From: Phycisphaera mikurensis NBRC 102666
GTDB lineage: Bacteria; Planctomycetota; Phycisphaerae; Phycisphaerales; Phycisphaeraceae
Length of the DNA: 32,000 bases
Assembly (NCBI RefSeq): GCF_000284115.1
Contig: NC_017080.1
Coordinates: 3,660,001 to 3,692,000 of the forward strand
Direction: 5' to 3'
The position numbers were made by a program, and so were the translations under genes. The notes beneath the pieces were generated by a model that worked only from the letters and a program-made list of their open reading frames with translations, had not been told where the DNA came from and made no database searches. Positions 7,366 through 17,288 of the stretch are shown one piece after another (position 1 is the stretch's first letter; each line of letters starts with the position of its first letter).

Positions 7366-8252
7366 ACGGAGCCGGCCGCGGCGATCGACCGATCGGCCTC
7401 CGCGTGAGCGAGGTGACGGTGGCGTACAACAACGGCCACGTCGCCCTGCACGACGCGAGCTTCGAGCTGGGGCCGGGCACGATCTGCGCGCTGGTGGGCG
7501 TGAACGGCAGCGGGAAGTCGACGCTCTTCAAGGCGATCATGGGCTTCGTGAAGCCCGCCCGCGGCGGCGTGACCATCGGCGAGCTCCCGGTGAAGCGGGC
7601 CCACCGCGAGAACCTCGTGGCGTACGTGCCGCAGGCCGAGGACGTCGACTGGGACTTCCCGGTGAGCGTCTGGGACGTCGTTCTGATGGGTCGCTACGGC
7701 TCGATGAACTTCCTGCGGATCCCGCGGCAGGCGGACAAGCGGATCGCCACCGAGTCGCTGGAGCGCGTCGGCATGCTCGGCTTCAAGGACCGCCAGATCG
7801 GCGAGCTCTCCGGCGGGCAGAAGAAGCGCGTCTTCCTCGCCCGGGCGCTGGCGCAGCGCGGCCGCATCCTGCTGCTCGACGAGCCGTTCACGGGGGTGGA
7901 CGTGAAGACCGAGGCTTCCATCATCGAGCTGCTGCGGGAGCTGCGGGACGAGGGCCACCTCGTCCTGGTGAGCACGCACGACCTCGGCTCCATCCCCAGC
8001 TTCTGCGACCGCGTGGTCATCATCAACCGCACCGTGCTCGCCGCCGGCCCCACGCACGCGACCTTCACGCAGGAGAACCTCGCCCGCGCCTTCGGCGGCG
8101 CCCTCCGCGACCTGCACCTGGACCACACCGACGACCCCGGCTCGGCGCCGAACACCTACCGCGTCCTCAGCGACGACGAGGAGCCGCTGGTCTTCGGTGC
8201 CGACGGCCGCATGGTCGCCCACCGGCACCCGCACGAGGAGGAAGCGCAGTGA
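7362..8252 (+). CDS. Mn/Fe ABC transporter ATP-binding protein
   Basis: Walker [10 protein letters not shown], signature LSGGQKKR, Walker B ILLLDEP. The GTG start at 7362 overlaps the SBP stop (GTGA). The long N-terminal part of track ORF 6729..8252 is shadow sequence. Confidence 0.9.
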   Translation: MNGAGRGDRPIGLRVSEVTVAYNNGHVALHDASFELGPGTICALVGVNGSGKSTLFKAIMGFVKPARGGVTIGELPVKRAHRENLVAYVPQAEDVDWDFPVSVWDVVLMGRYGSMNFLRIPRQADKRIATESLERVGMLGFKDRQIGELSGGQKKRVFLARALAQRGRILLLDEPFTGVDVKTEASIIELLRELRDEGHLVLVSTHDLGSIPSFCDRVVIINRTVLAAGPTHATFTQENLARAFGGALRDLHLDHTDDPGSAPNTYRVLSDDEEPLVFGADGRMVAHRHPHEEEAQ

Positions 8253-8343
8253 GCGATCCCGTGCCCGCGGGGAGCGTCCGGGCTCCGGGCCGATGCCGGC
8301 GCATCCCGCTGCGCGCTGCGGGTGAGGACGCGGGAGCCGCCGG

Positions 8344-9258
8344 ATGATCGAGCCGCTCCTCGTGCCGTTTCAGTACGACTACATGGTCAGGGCGATGCTC
8401 GTCAGCGGCGTCATCGGGCTCGTCTGCGGCCTGCTGTCCTGCTTCGTCACGCTCAAGGGCTGGTCGCTCATGGGCGACGCGCTCGCGCACGCGATCGTCC
8501 CGGGCGTGGCGATCACCTACTTCGCGGGGCTGCCGTTCGCGCTGGGCGCTTTCGTGAGCGGGCTGCTCGCGGCGATGGTGATGGCGCTCGTGAAGAGCCG
8601 CACGCCGATCCGCGAGGACGCGGTCATCGGCATCGTCTTCACGACCTTCTTCGCCGCCGGCGTGCTGCTGATCTCGGTCTTCCCCAGCAACATCAGCCTG
8701 AAGACGATCGTCTTCGGCAACATCCTGGGCATCGCCGACGGCGACGTCGTGCAGATGCTGCTCATCTCCGCCGTGACGCTCGCGGTGATCGGGCTGAAGT
8801 GGAAGGACCTGCTGCTGTTCTGCTTCGACCCGAACCAGGCGAGAGCGATCGGCTTGAACCCGGCAGTGCTGCACCTCACGCTGCTCACGCTGCTCGCGGG
8901 CACCGCGGTCGCGGCGCTGCAAGCGGTGGGCGCCTGCCTGGTCGTCGCGATGCTCGTGACACCCGGCGCGACCGCGTACCTGCTCACCGACCGGTTCCCG
9001 CGGATGATGCTGCTCGCGTGCCTCACGGGCACGCTCACCAGCGTGGTGGGGGCGTATGCCAGCTACTTCCTCAACGGCTCCACCGGCGGGTGCATCGTGT
9101 GCCTGCAGACGGCGGTCTTCCTGCTGGTTCTGTTTCTCGCCCCCAAGCACGGCGTCCGCGCCGGCCGCCGCCGCGGGCGCGACACGGCCGACGCGCTCCT
9201 CGCCTCCGGCGACGCCGCGCCCGTGCTGGCGACCACCTCGACCGCGGAGCGCGCTTGA
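8344..9258 (+). CDS. metal ABC transporter permease (ABC-3 family), subunit 1
   Basis: MIEPLLVPFQYDYMVRAM...TLKGWSLMGDALAHAIVPGV is a SitC/MntB-type membrane protein. Confidence 0.9.
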   Translation: MIEPLLVPFQYDYMVRAMLVSGVIGLVCGLLSCFVTLKGWSLMGDALAHAIVPGVAITYFAGLPFALGAFVSGLLAAMVMALVKSRTPIREDAVIGIVFTTFFAAGVLLISVFPSNISLKTIVFGNILGIADGDVVQMLLISAVTLAVIGLKWKDLLLFCFDPNQARAIGLNPAVLHLTLLTLLAGTAVAALQAVGACLVVAMLVTPGATAYLLTDRFPRMMLLACLTGTLTSVVGAYASYFLNGSTGGCIVCLQTAVFLLVLFLAPKHGVRAGRRRGRDTADALLASGDAAPVLATTSTAERA

Positions 9259-10118
9259 GCGTCGCGTACCTGCTCGAACCGTTCCAGTACGGCTTCATGA
9301 AGGAAGCCATGCTCATGGCCGCGCTCATCGGCGCGACCTGCGCCCTGCTCAGCTGCTACCTGGTGCTCAAGGGCTGGTCGCTGATGGGCGACGCGGTCAG
9401 CCACGCCGTGCTGCCGGGCATCGTGCTCGCGTACGTCGTCGGCCTCCCGCTGGGCGTCGGGGCCTTCTTCGCCGGCGTGCTGTGCGCCGGGAGCACCGGC
9501 TGGATCAAGAACCACAGCCGCGTCAAGGAAGACACCGTGATGGGCGTCGTCTTCACCGGGCTCTTCGCGCTGGGCCTGGTGATGTACTCCAAGATCCAGA
9601 GCGACATCCACCTGAACCACGTCCTCTTCGGCAGCCTGCTGGGCATCGAGACCGGCGACATGATCCAGGCCGTCGTCGCGTCGGGCCTGACGCTCGCCGC
9701 GGTCGCCATCTTCCGCAAAGACCTTCTGCTGTACCTCTTCGACGCGAATCAGGCCCGGGCCGTGGGCCTGAACCCGACCTTCCTGCACTACCTGTTGCTG
9801 TCGATCCTCTCGCTGACGATCGTCGCCTCGCTGCAGGCCGTGGGCATCATCCTCACCGTCGCGATGCTCATCGTGCCCGGTTGCATCGGCCAGCTGCTCG
9901 CCGACCGCTTCGGCCGGATGCTCGGGATCGCCTCGGCCGCCGCGGTTTTCTCCGCCGTCGCGGGGACGTACGCCAGCTACTTCCTCAACGGCGAGACGGG
10001 CGCCTGCATCGTGCTGGTGCAGGCGCTGATCCTCCTGCTCGCGGTCTTGTTCGCCCCCAAGCACGGCGTGCTCTCCCGCGCCCGCACCACACGCCGGGCG
10101 ACCGCGTCGGCGGCCTGA
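9255..10118 (+). CDS. metal ABC transporter permease (ABC-3 family), subunit 2
   Basis: Paralog of the preceding gene: LSVAYLLEPFQYGFMKEAM...VLKGWSLMGDAVSHAVLPGI. The conserved LLEPFQY segment lies upstream of the first ATG. The only in-frame start is TTG at 9255, overlapping the upstream stop (TTGA). Confidence 0.85.
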   Translation: MSVAYLLEPFQYGFMKEAMLMAALIGATCALLSCYLVLKGWSLMGDAVSHAVLPGIVLAYVVGLPLGVGAFFAGVLCAGSTGWIKNHSRVKEDTVMGVVFTGLFALGLVMYSKIQSDIHLNHVLFGSLLGIETGDMIQAVVASGLTLAAVAIFRKDLLLYLFDANQARAVGLNPTFLHYLLLSILSLTIVASLQAVGIILTVAMLIVPGCIGQLLADRFGRMLGIASAAAVFSAVAGTYASYFLNGETGACIVLVQALILLLAVLFAPKHGVLSRARTTRRATASAA

Positions 10119-10128
10119 CGCGCCGCCG
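10108..10128. terminator. short GC hairpin between convergent genes (possible bidirectional terminator)
   Basis: CGGCGGC at 10108-10114 pairs with GCCGCCG at 10122-10128. The 7-nt loop contains the permease stop TGA. There is no U-tract. Confidence 0.3.
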
Positions 10129-10131
10129 GCC

Positions 10132-11241
10132 TCAGGGCCGGCACGGCTTGGCCTCCGACGGCATCCACCCCCGCAGCGCCCACCGCAGGAGCAGCGCCCC
10201 CAGCACGATCGCCGAGCCCGCGGACAGCCACAGGGGGAGCATGTCGTGCCCCGCGGCGGCCTGGGCGGCCACGGGGATCGACCACGCGCTCACCAACGCG
10301 TCGGCGAGCAGGCCGCAGGCGAGCGCCCCGCCGCAGGCGCCGGCCAGGTACGCGGCACAGGCCCGGCCACCGAGCTCCTGCCGCACGATGCCGATGGTGC
10401 CCAGGTTCGTCGCCGGACCGGCGAGCAGGAAGACCAACGCGGTGCCGGGGCTTACACCGGCGAGCAGGAGCGCCGCGGCGACGGGCGTGCTCGCCGTGGC
10501 GCACAGGTACATCGGCACGCCCAGCAGCATCACGCCGAGCATCGCCGGCAGGCCGCCGCCCCAGCCCGCGATCGTGCCGGGTGGGACCAGCGTCTGGACC
10601 AGGGCGGCGAGCAGGATGCCCAGCGTCAGCCAGAGAGCGATGTCGCCGAAGAGCTCGTCGGCGGCGTAGCGGAGCGCCTCCAGCGGCTTGGGCCGGGCCG
10701 GCGCGGCGGGCTCGGCGGCGACGCCCCCGCCCGACGCGCAGCACGACGCCGCGGCGGACGCGGGCGGCGAGGAACCGCTCGCCGCGGCCGCGGCCGCGGC
10801 CGCGGGCGCGGGGAGTGGCGGGCCCTCTCTCTGGTCCGTGGCCCCCGCCAGCAGCCCCGCAAGCACCGCCGAGGACACCGCCGCCACCGGCCGGGCCACG
10901 GTCATGAACGGCCCGAGCAGAGCCCACGACAACGCGATCGAATCCGCGCCGTTCTCGGGCGTCGACACCAGGAACGACACCGTCGCCCCCTTGCCCGCCC
11001 CGCCCCGACGCAGCGTGAGCGCCGCCGGCACCACGCTGCAAGAGCACAGCGGCAGCGGCGTGCCGATGACGGCCGCCGTGAAGACCGGCCCGACGCCCCC
11101 GCCTCCGAGCCACCGCTGGAGCAAGCCGGCGGGCAGGTAGACCTTGATGAGGCCGGAGACGGCCAAGCCCAGCAGCAGCCACGGCGCCGCCTCGAGCACC
11201 ACGTGCCCGAGGTTCGAGAGGAAGAGCTGGATCCACACCAT
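10132..11241 (-). CDS. UPF0718/ArsP-type permease, SO_0444-like putative Cu/Zn (thiophilic metal) transporter
   Basis: Two-fold membrane repeat with GTPLPLCSCSVVP and GVPMYLCATASTP motifs, plus a central Ala/Pro-rich loop carrying CC (ASCCASGGG). 369 aa. Confidence 0.7.
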   Translation of the reverse strand: MVWIQLFLSNLGHVVLEAAPWLLLGLAVSGLIKVYLPAGLLQRWLGGGGVGPVFTAAVIGTPLPLCSCSVVPAALTLRRGGAGKGATVSFLVSTPENGADSIALSWALLGPFMTVARPVAAVSSAVLAGLLAGATDQREGPPLPAPAAAAAAAASGSSPPASAAASCCASGGGVAAEPAAPARPKPLEALRYAADELFGDIALWLTLGILLAALVQTLVPPGTIAGWGGGLPAMLGVMLLGVPMYLCATASTPVAAALLLAGVSPGTALVFLLAGPATNLGTIGIVRQELGGRACAAYLAGACGGALACGLLADALVSAWSIPVAAQAAAGHDMLPLWLSAGSAIVLGALLLRWALRGWMPSEAKPCRP

Positions 11242-11266
11242 GCGCCGCCAACACTAGAACCACCCG

Positions 11267-11321
11267 CGAAGGTGTCAGGTACATTCATCCGCGGCGGGGC
11301 TGAATGTTCCTGACACCTTCG
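11267..11321. repeat. 55-bp near-perfect palindrome (21-bp arms, 13-nt spacer) in a divergent intergenic region
   Basis: CGAAGGTGTCAGGTACATTCA at 11267-11287 and TGAATGTTCCTGACACCTTCG at 11301-11321 are reverse complements, 20/21. CCG flanks both sides. Confidence 0.9.
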
Positions 11322-11358
11322 CCGGATGCTGCGGCGACGAGGGCGTAGGTTGCCGGGG

Positions 11359-12129
11359 ATGCAGCCTCGCTTCCGGTCCACGTCCCGCTTCGATGCCGTC
11401 CTGTGCGACGTCGACGGCTGCCTCGTCGACGAGGCGGGCGGGCCGCTTCCGCTGGAGAAGCTCGGCCGCATCGCCGCTCACAACCGGCTCGCCCTCGACG
11501 CGGAAGACCGGCCGATCGTCACGCTCTGCACCGGCCGGCCCGAGCCTTTCGCCGAGTGCCTCGCCCGGGTGATCGGCAACCCGCTGCTGCCGATCGTCTG
11601 CGAGAACGGGGCGTGGCTGCACGACCCGACCGACAACGCGTACCTGCTCGATCCGGCCGTGACCGCCGAGGACCTCGCCGCGGTGGCGGCGCTGGAGGGC
11701 TGGGTCCGCCGGGAGCTGGGCTCCGCCGGCGTGAGCATCCAGCCGGGCAAGACCGCCTCGGTGTCGCTGTACCACCCCGATGCGGAACTCCTCGAGGCCT
11801 TCAAGCCGCGGCTGCGCGACGCCGCGGACGGCCACGGCTGGCCCTTCCGCGTCTCGGGGACCTGGAGCTACATCAACTGCGACCTCCGGAAGGTCAGCAA
11901 AGCGACCGGCATCGCCCGCTTGCTCGCACTCACCGGGATCGAGGCCGCCCGCTGCGCCGGGATCGGCGACACGGCGCACGACCTGCAGATCGCCGAGTCG
12001 GTCGCCTGGTTCGGCGTTCCCCACAACCGCGACCCGATCCTCGACGACGCGGCCGACCGGATCGCCGCCGCTCCGGGCGTCGACGGCGTCATCGAGCTCC
12101 TCGCCCACCTCGGGCCGCCGGTGCCCTGA
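11359..12129 (+). CDS. HAD-IIB (Cof/sucrose-phosphatase-like) family hydrolase
   Basis: Motif I FDAVLCDVDGCL, motif II LCTGR, and K...GDTAHD at the C-terminal end. Start set at ATG 11359. The alternative ATG 11326 adds 11 codons rich in rare codons (CGA, AGG, TTG, CGT). Confidence 0.7.
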   Translation: MQPRFRSTSRFDAVLCDVDGCLVDEAGGPLPLEKLGRIAAHNRLALDAEDRPIVTLCTGRPEPFAECLARVIGNPLLPIVCENGAWLHDPTDNAYLLDPAVTAEDLAAVAALEGWVRRELGSAGVSIQPGKTASVSLYHPDAELLEAFKPRLRDAADGHGWPFRVSGTWSYINCDLRKVSKATGIARLLALTGIEAARCAGIGDTAHDLQIAESVAWFGVPHNRDPILDDAADRIAAAPGVDGVIELLAHLGPPVP

Positions 12130-12140
12130 GGCCGCGCGTC

Positions 12141-12188
12141 CCCGCGGACCGCTCGCCCCAGGCCGCCTTCTTCGCGGCGGTCCGCGGG
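12141..12188. repeat. 46-nt conserved-arm hairpin element, copy 3 (12-bp arms)
   Basis: CCCGCGGACCGC at 12141-12152 and GCGGTCCGCGGG at 12177-12188 are perfect reverse complements. The element lies 11 nt after the HAD stop and 12 nt before the next ATG (12201). Confidence 0.85.
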
Positions 12189-12200
12189 TAGCGTCACCGC

Positions 12201-12575
12201 ATGTGGAACCTCCTCCCGATGCTGCTGCTCGCCGCGGCCCTCGCTGGCTGCGCCGCCCCCCCGCCGCCGCAGGCGGACATCGACGCCGCCGACTTCGGCG
12301 ACCCGCCGATCACGTTCCGATCCCAGATCCGCGAAGCGCTCGGGCAGACGCTGTACGACCCGCCCACCGCCCAGCTCCGCTACGAGCCGCCCTTCCGGGC
12401 CGTCGTCCGCAGCGGCGGCGGCTGGACCGCCGGCTGGGTCGTGCCCGTCGCCGTCAAGGCCCGCGGCCCCCGTGGCGCGTACTCGACCTTCCTGCCCCGC
12501 CGGTTCTTCTTCCCTTCCGGCGGCGGCTGCTTCGAGCTGCACGGCGGGCAGCAAGCGGTCCCGGCGAGCGACTGA
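12201..12575 (+). CDS. small lipoprotein of unknown function
   Basis: MWNLLPMLLLAAALAGC is a signal peptide plus lipobox. GC3 is very high throughout its 124 aa. I recognise no family. Confidence 0.6.
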   Translation: MWNLLPMLLLAAALAGCAAPPPPQADIDAADFGDPPITFRSQIREALGQTLYDPPTAQLRYEPPFRAVVRSGGGWTAGWVVPVAVKARGPRGAYSTFLPRRFFFPSGGGCFELHGGQQAVPASD

Positions 12576-12594
12576 ACCGGCCCCCTCCGCCCGC

Positions 12595-13191
12595 TCAGGA
12601 CATCGCACGCCGAGCGCACGTCCGGCAGATCCGCTCGCCGTAGGCGACGCAGTCTTGGCGTACACCGTCGGTGATGGAGGCCTCGGCGTCTTTGCCCTCC
12701 TCCGGGTTCTGCTGGGCCATGACGCCCAGGAAGCCGCCCAGGAAGTTCTTCTCGTGTTCTTCGCCGGTGTAGCGGGCGGGCATCGTGCCGTTGCCCACCC
12801 AGACCATCATGTGCTGGCTGGCGTGCAGGCTCATGTACTGCAGCGTGGACACCTTGTCGCCGGAGGGGCTGGAGGAGTGGGTGAAGCCGCCGGCGATCTT
12901 GTCCTTGAAGGAGAGCTTGAACCACTCGCCGCCGAGGCCGTCGATGACGGCCTTGAGCTGCGCCGCGACGGTGCCCATGTAGGTGGGGCTACCGAGCACG
13001 ATGGCGTCGGCGGCACGCAGCTTCTCGACGATCCCGCCGGGGTCCCGCCAGCGGCCCTCGGCGATGTCCGATCCCTGCACCCGGTAGAGCTCCGCCGTGC
13101 CGCCGGCTTGGCGAACCCCCTCGGCGAGGGCTTCGGCCATGAGGTGGGTGTGGCCGCTGGCGGAGAAGTAGACGAGCTGGACGGTGGGCAT
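12595..13191 (-). CDS. flavodoxin-fold NAD(P)H:quinone oxidoreductase (WrbA-like)
   Basis: Internal ATG at 13191 gives MPTVQLVYFSASGHTHLMAEALAEG...AIVLGSPTYMGTVAAQLKAVID...GGFTHSSSPSGDK, 198 aa. The rest of the 612-aa track ORF is shadow sequence overlapping feoB. Confidence 0.8.
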   Translation of the reverse strand: MPTVQLVYFSASGHTHLMAEALAEGVRQAGGTAELYRVQGSDIAEGRWRDPGGIVEKLRAADAIVLGSPTYMGTVAAQLKAVIDGLGGEWFKLSFKDKIAGGFTHSSSPSGDKVSTLQYMSLHASQHMMVWVGNGTMPARYTGEEHEKNFLGGFLGVMAQQNPEEGKDAEASITDGVRQDCVAYGERICRTCARRAMS

Positions 13192-13277
13192 GAGCGAGCT
13201 CTTCGGAGGGGGGACGCGTGCGTTCGAGCGTAGATCTCGCGAGGCGTGCTTGAGCCGCGTCGCTGCGCGGCCGGGCG

Positions 13278-15319
<2,042 letters not shown>

Positions 15320-15323
<4 letters not shown>

Positions 15324-15700
15324 GCCCGGGATCCGCCGGAGGAGAGGGTGAGCGGCGTGAGCCGGGTGCCGTCGGCGGCGCGGGGCTCGGCCTCGCTCCG
15401 CGTGCAGGGCTGCGCGTGCAGCCGCTCTGCCAGCCGCCGCGCCACGCCGACGCGGGAGCCGAGCACCTTCAAGATCAACGGATCGCCGATCTTGTCGACC
15501 TGCACCTTCCGGCCGACGCACAGGCCCAGCCGCTTGAGCGTGTCGGTGACGCCGGCCCGACCGGGCTCCAAGCCCGCGTCGTCGTCGACGGCGTCGATCA
15601 CGGCGACCTGCCCGCGGGCGAGGTCGACCACGCGGACCGAGCCGGGCGAGAGGCAGCCGGCTTGTGCGGGCGTGGGGGGCGAGGCGGGGGCATCGGGCAT
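15320..15700 (-). CDS. feoA: FeoA-domain protein
   Basis: VRVVDLARGQVAVIDAV...TDTLKRLGLCVGRKVQVDKIGDPLILKVLGSRVGV is a FeoA SH3-like fold. ATG 15700 is preceded by GGAG. The C-terminal tail is longer than usual. Confidence 0.8.
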
Positions 15701-15876
15701 GGGGGACTCCGGGCGGCGCGGGCAACTGCGCCGGCGTGGGTCGCAGATTACCCGCGGCAAGCCAGCGGCGGCGGTCCCCGGCGGCGGAGGGGGTGCAACC
15801 GGCGCAGACCTCCCCACGCCCCGCCCGGGGGTGCTGCCCGCGCGGCCCGGCTCAACCCGCCCGGGGCCGTCGGCCG

Positions 15877-16140
15877 ATGACCCTTCCAGCGGCCGCCCGC
15901 CACGCGGCTCGCTGGAGCTTCACCATGATGACCGCCGTCCTCGCCATCCTCTGCGTCTACCTCGCCGCCTGCTACGCCTACGGCGGCTACCTCCTCGTCG
16001 GCGTGCTCCGCGGGTCGGCGGCGGGCGAAGCCCCCGCGGCCCACGACGACGCCGTGGCGGACGGCCCGCGGGCGGCCATCCTCCGGGCCGCGCGCGAAGG
16101 CGAGGCCCGCGAGGCGCCTCCGGCCCGCATGGCCGCCTGA
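15877..16140 (+). CDS. small single-pass membrane protein, hypothetical
   Basis: 87 codons with about 93% GC3 (my count, 6 of 87 codons end in A/T). One hydrophobic helix, MMTAVLAILCVYLAACYAYGGYLLVGVL. No family recognised. Confidence 0.45.
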   Translation: MTLPAAARHAARWSFTMMTAVLAILCVYLAACYAYGGYLLVGVLRGSAAGEAPAAHDDAVADGPRAAILRAAREGEAREAPPARMAA

Positions 16141-16141
16141 G

Positions 16142-16846
16142 TCAGCCGCCGCCCCGCGTCAGCGGCAGCAGCGCCTCGGCGATCGCGAGGTCGTCGGCGG
16201 TCTTGATGACGTGCCCGCTCACCGGGCCCACCGGAAGGAAGCCGACGTCGCCGGCCCAGGTGGCGCAGCGGCCGGCGTCGGCGGCGGCCAGGAAAGCCGC
16301 CCGACGCCAGCCGGTGATGCTCCAGGTGATCCGCTGCACGGGCCGCAGCTCCTGCGAGTTGGTCTTCTCGGCGAAGGTGAAGTTGACCGGCCGTCCGTCC
16401 AGAGCGCACTCGATCTGATCGGGGATGTAGCTGACGACGGCGTCGTGCGGCGAAGCGACCGCCGCCCGCACGAAGCCGGCGACCTCGCCGGCGGTGAGCA
16501 GCGGCGCGATCGAGTGCACCTGGAAGACCCACGCGCAGGGGTGGGCCCGCAGGAACTCCGCGACGAACTGCTCGCTGGTGGCGGCGTGGCCGCCGAGCTC
16601 GGCCGGCCGGCGGTGGAAGGCCGCGCCGTGCGCCTCGGCGAGCGGGCGGAAGGCGAGGTCCTCGGAGTTGAGCCAGACGCCGTCGAAGACGCCGGCGGCG
16701 TGGCACTTGTCGATGGCCCGCGCCGCCAGCGGCACCCCGCCGAGCTCGCGGAGGTTCTTGCGGGTCAGCCGCTGGCTGCCCATGCGCGCGGGGATCATCG
16801 CGAGCACGCGGCTCGAAGCGTCCGGATCGTCTTCTTGAGCGGGCAT
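16142..16846 (-). CDS. acylneuraminate (CMP-sugar) cytidylyltransferase family protein
   Basis: Internal ATG 16846 gives MPAQEDD...RVLAMIPARMGSQRLTRKNLREL, the N-terminal signature of NeuA/KdsB-like cytidylyltransferases. 234 aa. Confidence 0.8.
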   Translation of the reverse strand: MPAQEDDPDASSRVLAMIPARMGSQRLTRKNLRELGGVPLAARAIDKCHAAGVFDGVWLNSEDLAFRPLAEAHGAAFHRRPAELGGHAATSEQFVAEFLRAHPCAWVFQVHSIAPLLTAGEVAGFVRAAVASPHDAVVSYIPDQIECALDGRPVNFTFAEKTNSQELRPVQRITWSITGWRRAAFLAAADAGRCATWAGDVGFLPVGPVSGHVIKTADDLAIAEALLPLTRGGG

Positions 16847-16874
16847 GGCGGCGACGCTACCGGCGCGGCCGGCG

Positions 16875-16920
16875 CCGCGGACCGCCGCCCGAGAACGCGG
16901 AATCTGCCGACGGTCCGCGG
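16875..16920. repeat. 46-nt conserved-arm hairpin element, copy 4 (10-bp arms)
   Basis: CCGCGGACCG at 16875-16884 and CGGTCCGCGG at 16911-16920. The element lies 28 nt upstream of the cytidylyltransferase start codon. Confidence 0.8.
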
Positions 16921-16986
16921 GCTCTGCCCGGGTCCGCTCCGCCGCCGATCTCGCGCTCGGCAGCGGCAACCCTCCCGCTCCCCGGC

Positions 16987-17173
16987 GGTGGCTCATCCAT
17001 GCCCTGGGTGTGGTGGCCGAGGGGGCGGTTGAGCGGGCACCGGGAACCACGCCCGGTCGCGTCTTCCAGCCTTCTGGGTTGTGGTCGGCTTCTGCATCGA
17101 CGGAGTCGATGAGCCACCTGTGGGGGCCGGGTGGCTCGTCAACGCCGTGGGTGTGGCGGCCGAGGCGAGCGGG
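16987..17173. repeat. imperfect direct duplication (units 16987-17037 and 17130-17173) inside a 442-bp spacer
   Basis: The first 36 nt of the two units match at 31/36 (GGTGGCTCATCCATGCCCTGGGTGTGGTGGCCGAGG versus GGTGGCTCGTCAACGCCGTGGGTGTGGCGGCCGAGG). After a 7-nt indel both continue with GAGCGGG. Confidence 0.75.
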
Positions 17174-17288
17174 TCGGAAGGCCGCGGGATCCGCGCCCGC
17201 TCGCGGATTCGGGCTGCCGGGGCTCGGTCGGCTGGCGGGTGCCGGGCCCGCGGCAAGGTGGGCCTCTCTTCGAAGGCGCGTGGTCGTG

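Noticed and set aside
8253-8343. A regulatory RNA in the 91-nt gap between the ABC ATPase and the first permease gene.
   Set aside because: Only 5-bp GC hairpins (GGAGC/GCTCC, CCCGC/GCGGG) are present, which is expected by chance at this GC content.
11267-11321. The 55-bp palindrome as a rho-independent terminator.
   Set aside because: Both flanking genes are transcribed away from it, and there is no U-tract, so nothing would terminate there.
15701-15876. A Fur box or other metalloregulator site upstream of feoA.
   Set aside because: I could find no AT-rich 19-bp palindrome or GATAAT-like repeats, only generic GC-rich sequence. I cannot support a call.
16847-17288. A known housekeeping RNA (SRP RNA, tmRNA, RNase P RNA, 6S RNA) in the 442-bp spacer.
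   Set aside because: The hallmark strings I know are absent: GGAAGCAGC of the SRP domain IV loop, GAGGAAAGTCC of RNase P, and a tRNA-like CCA end for tmRNA. The region is kept only as an unexplained structured region.
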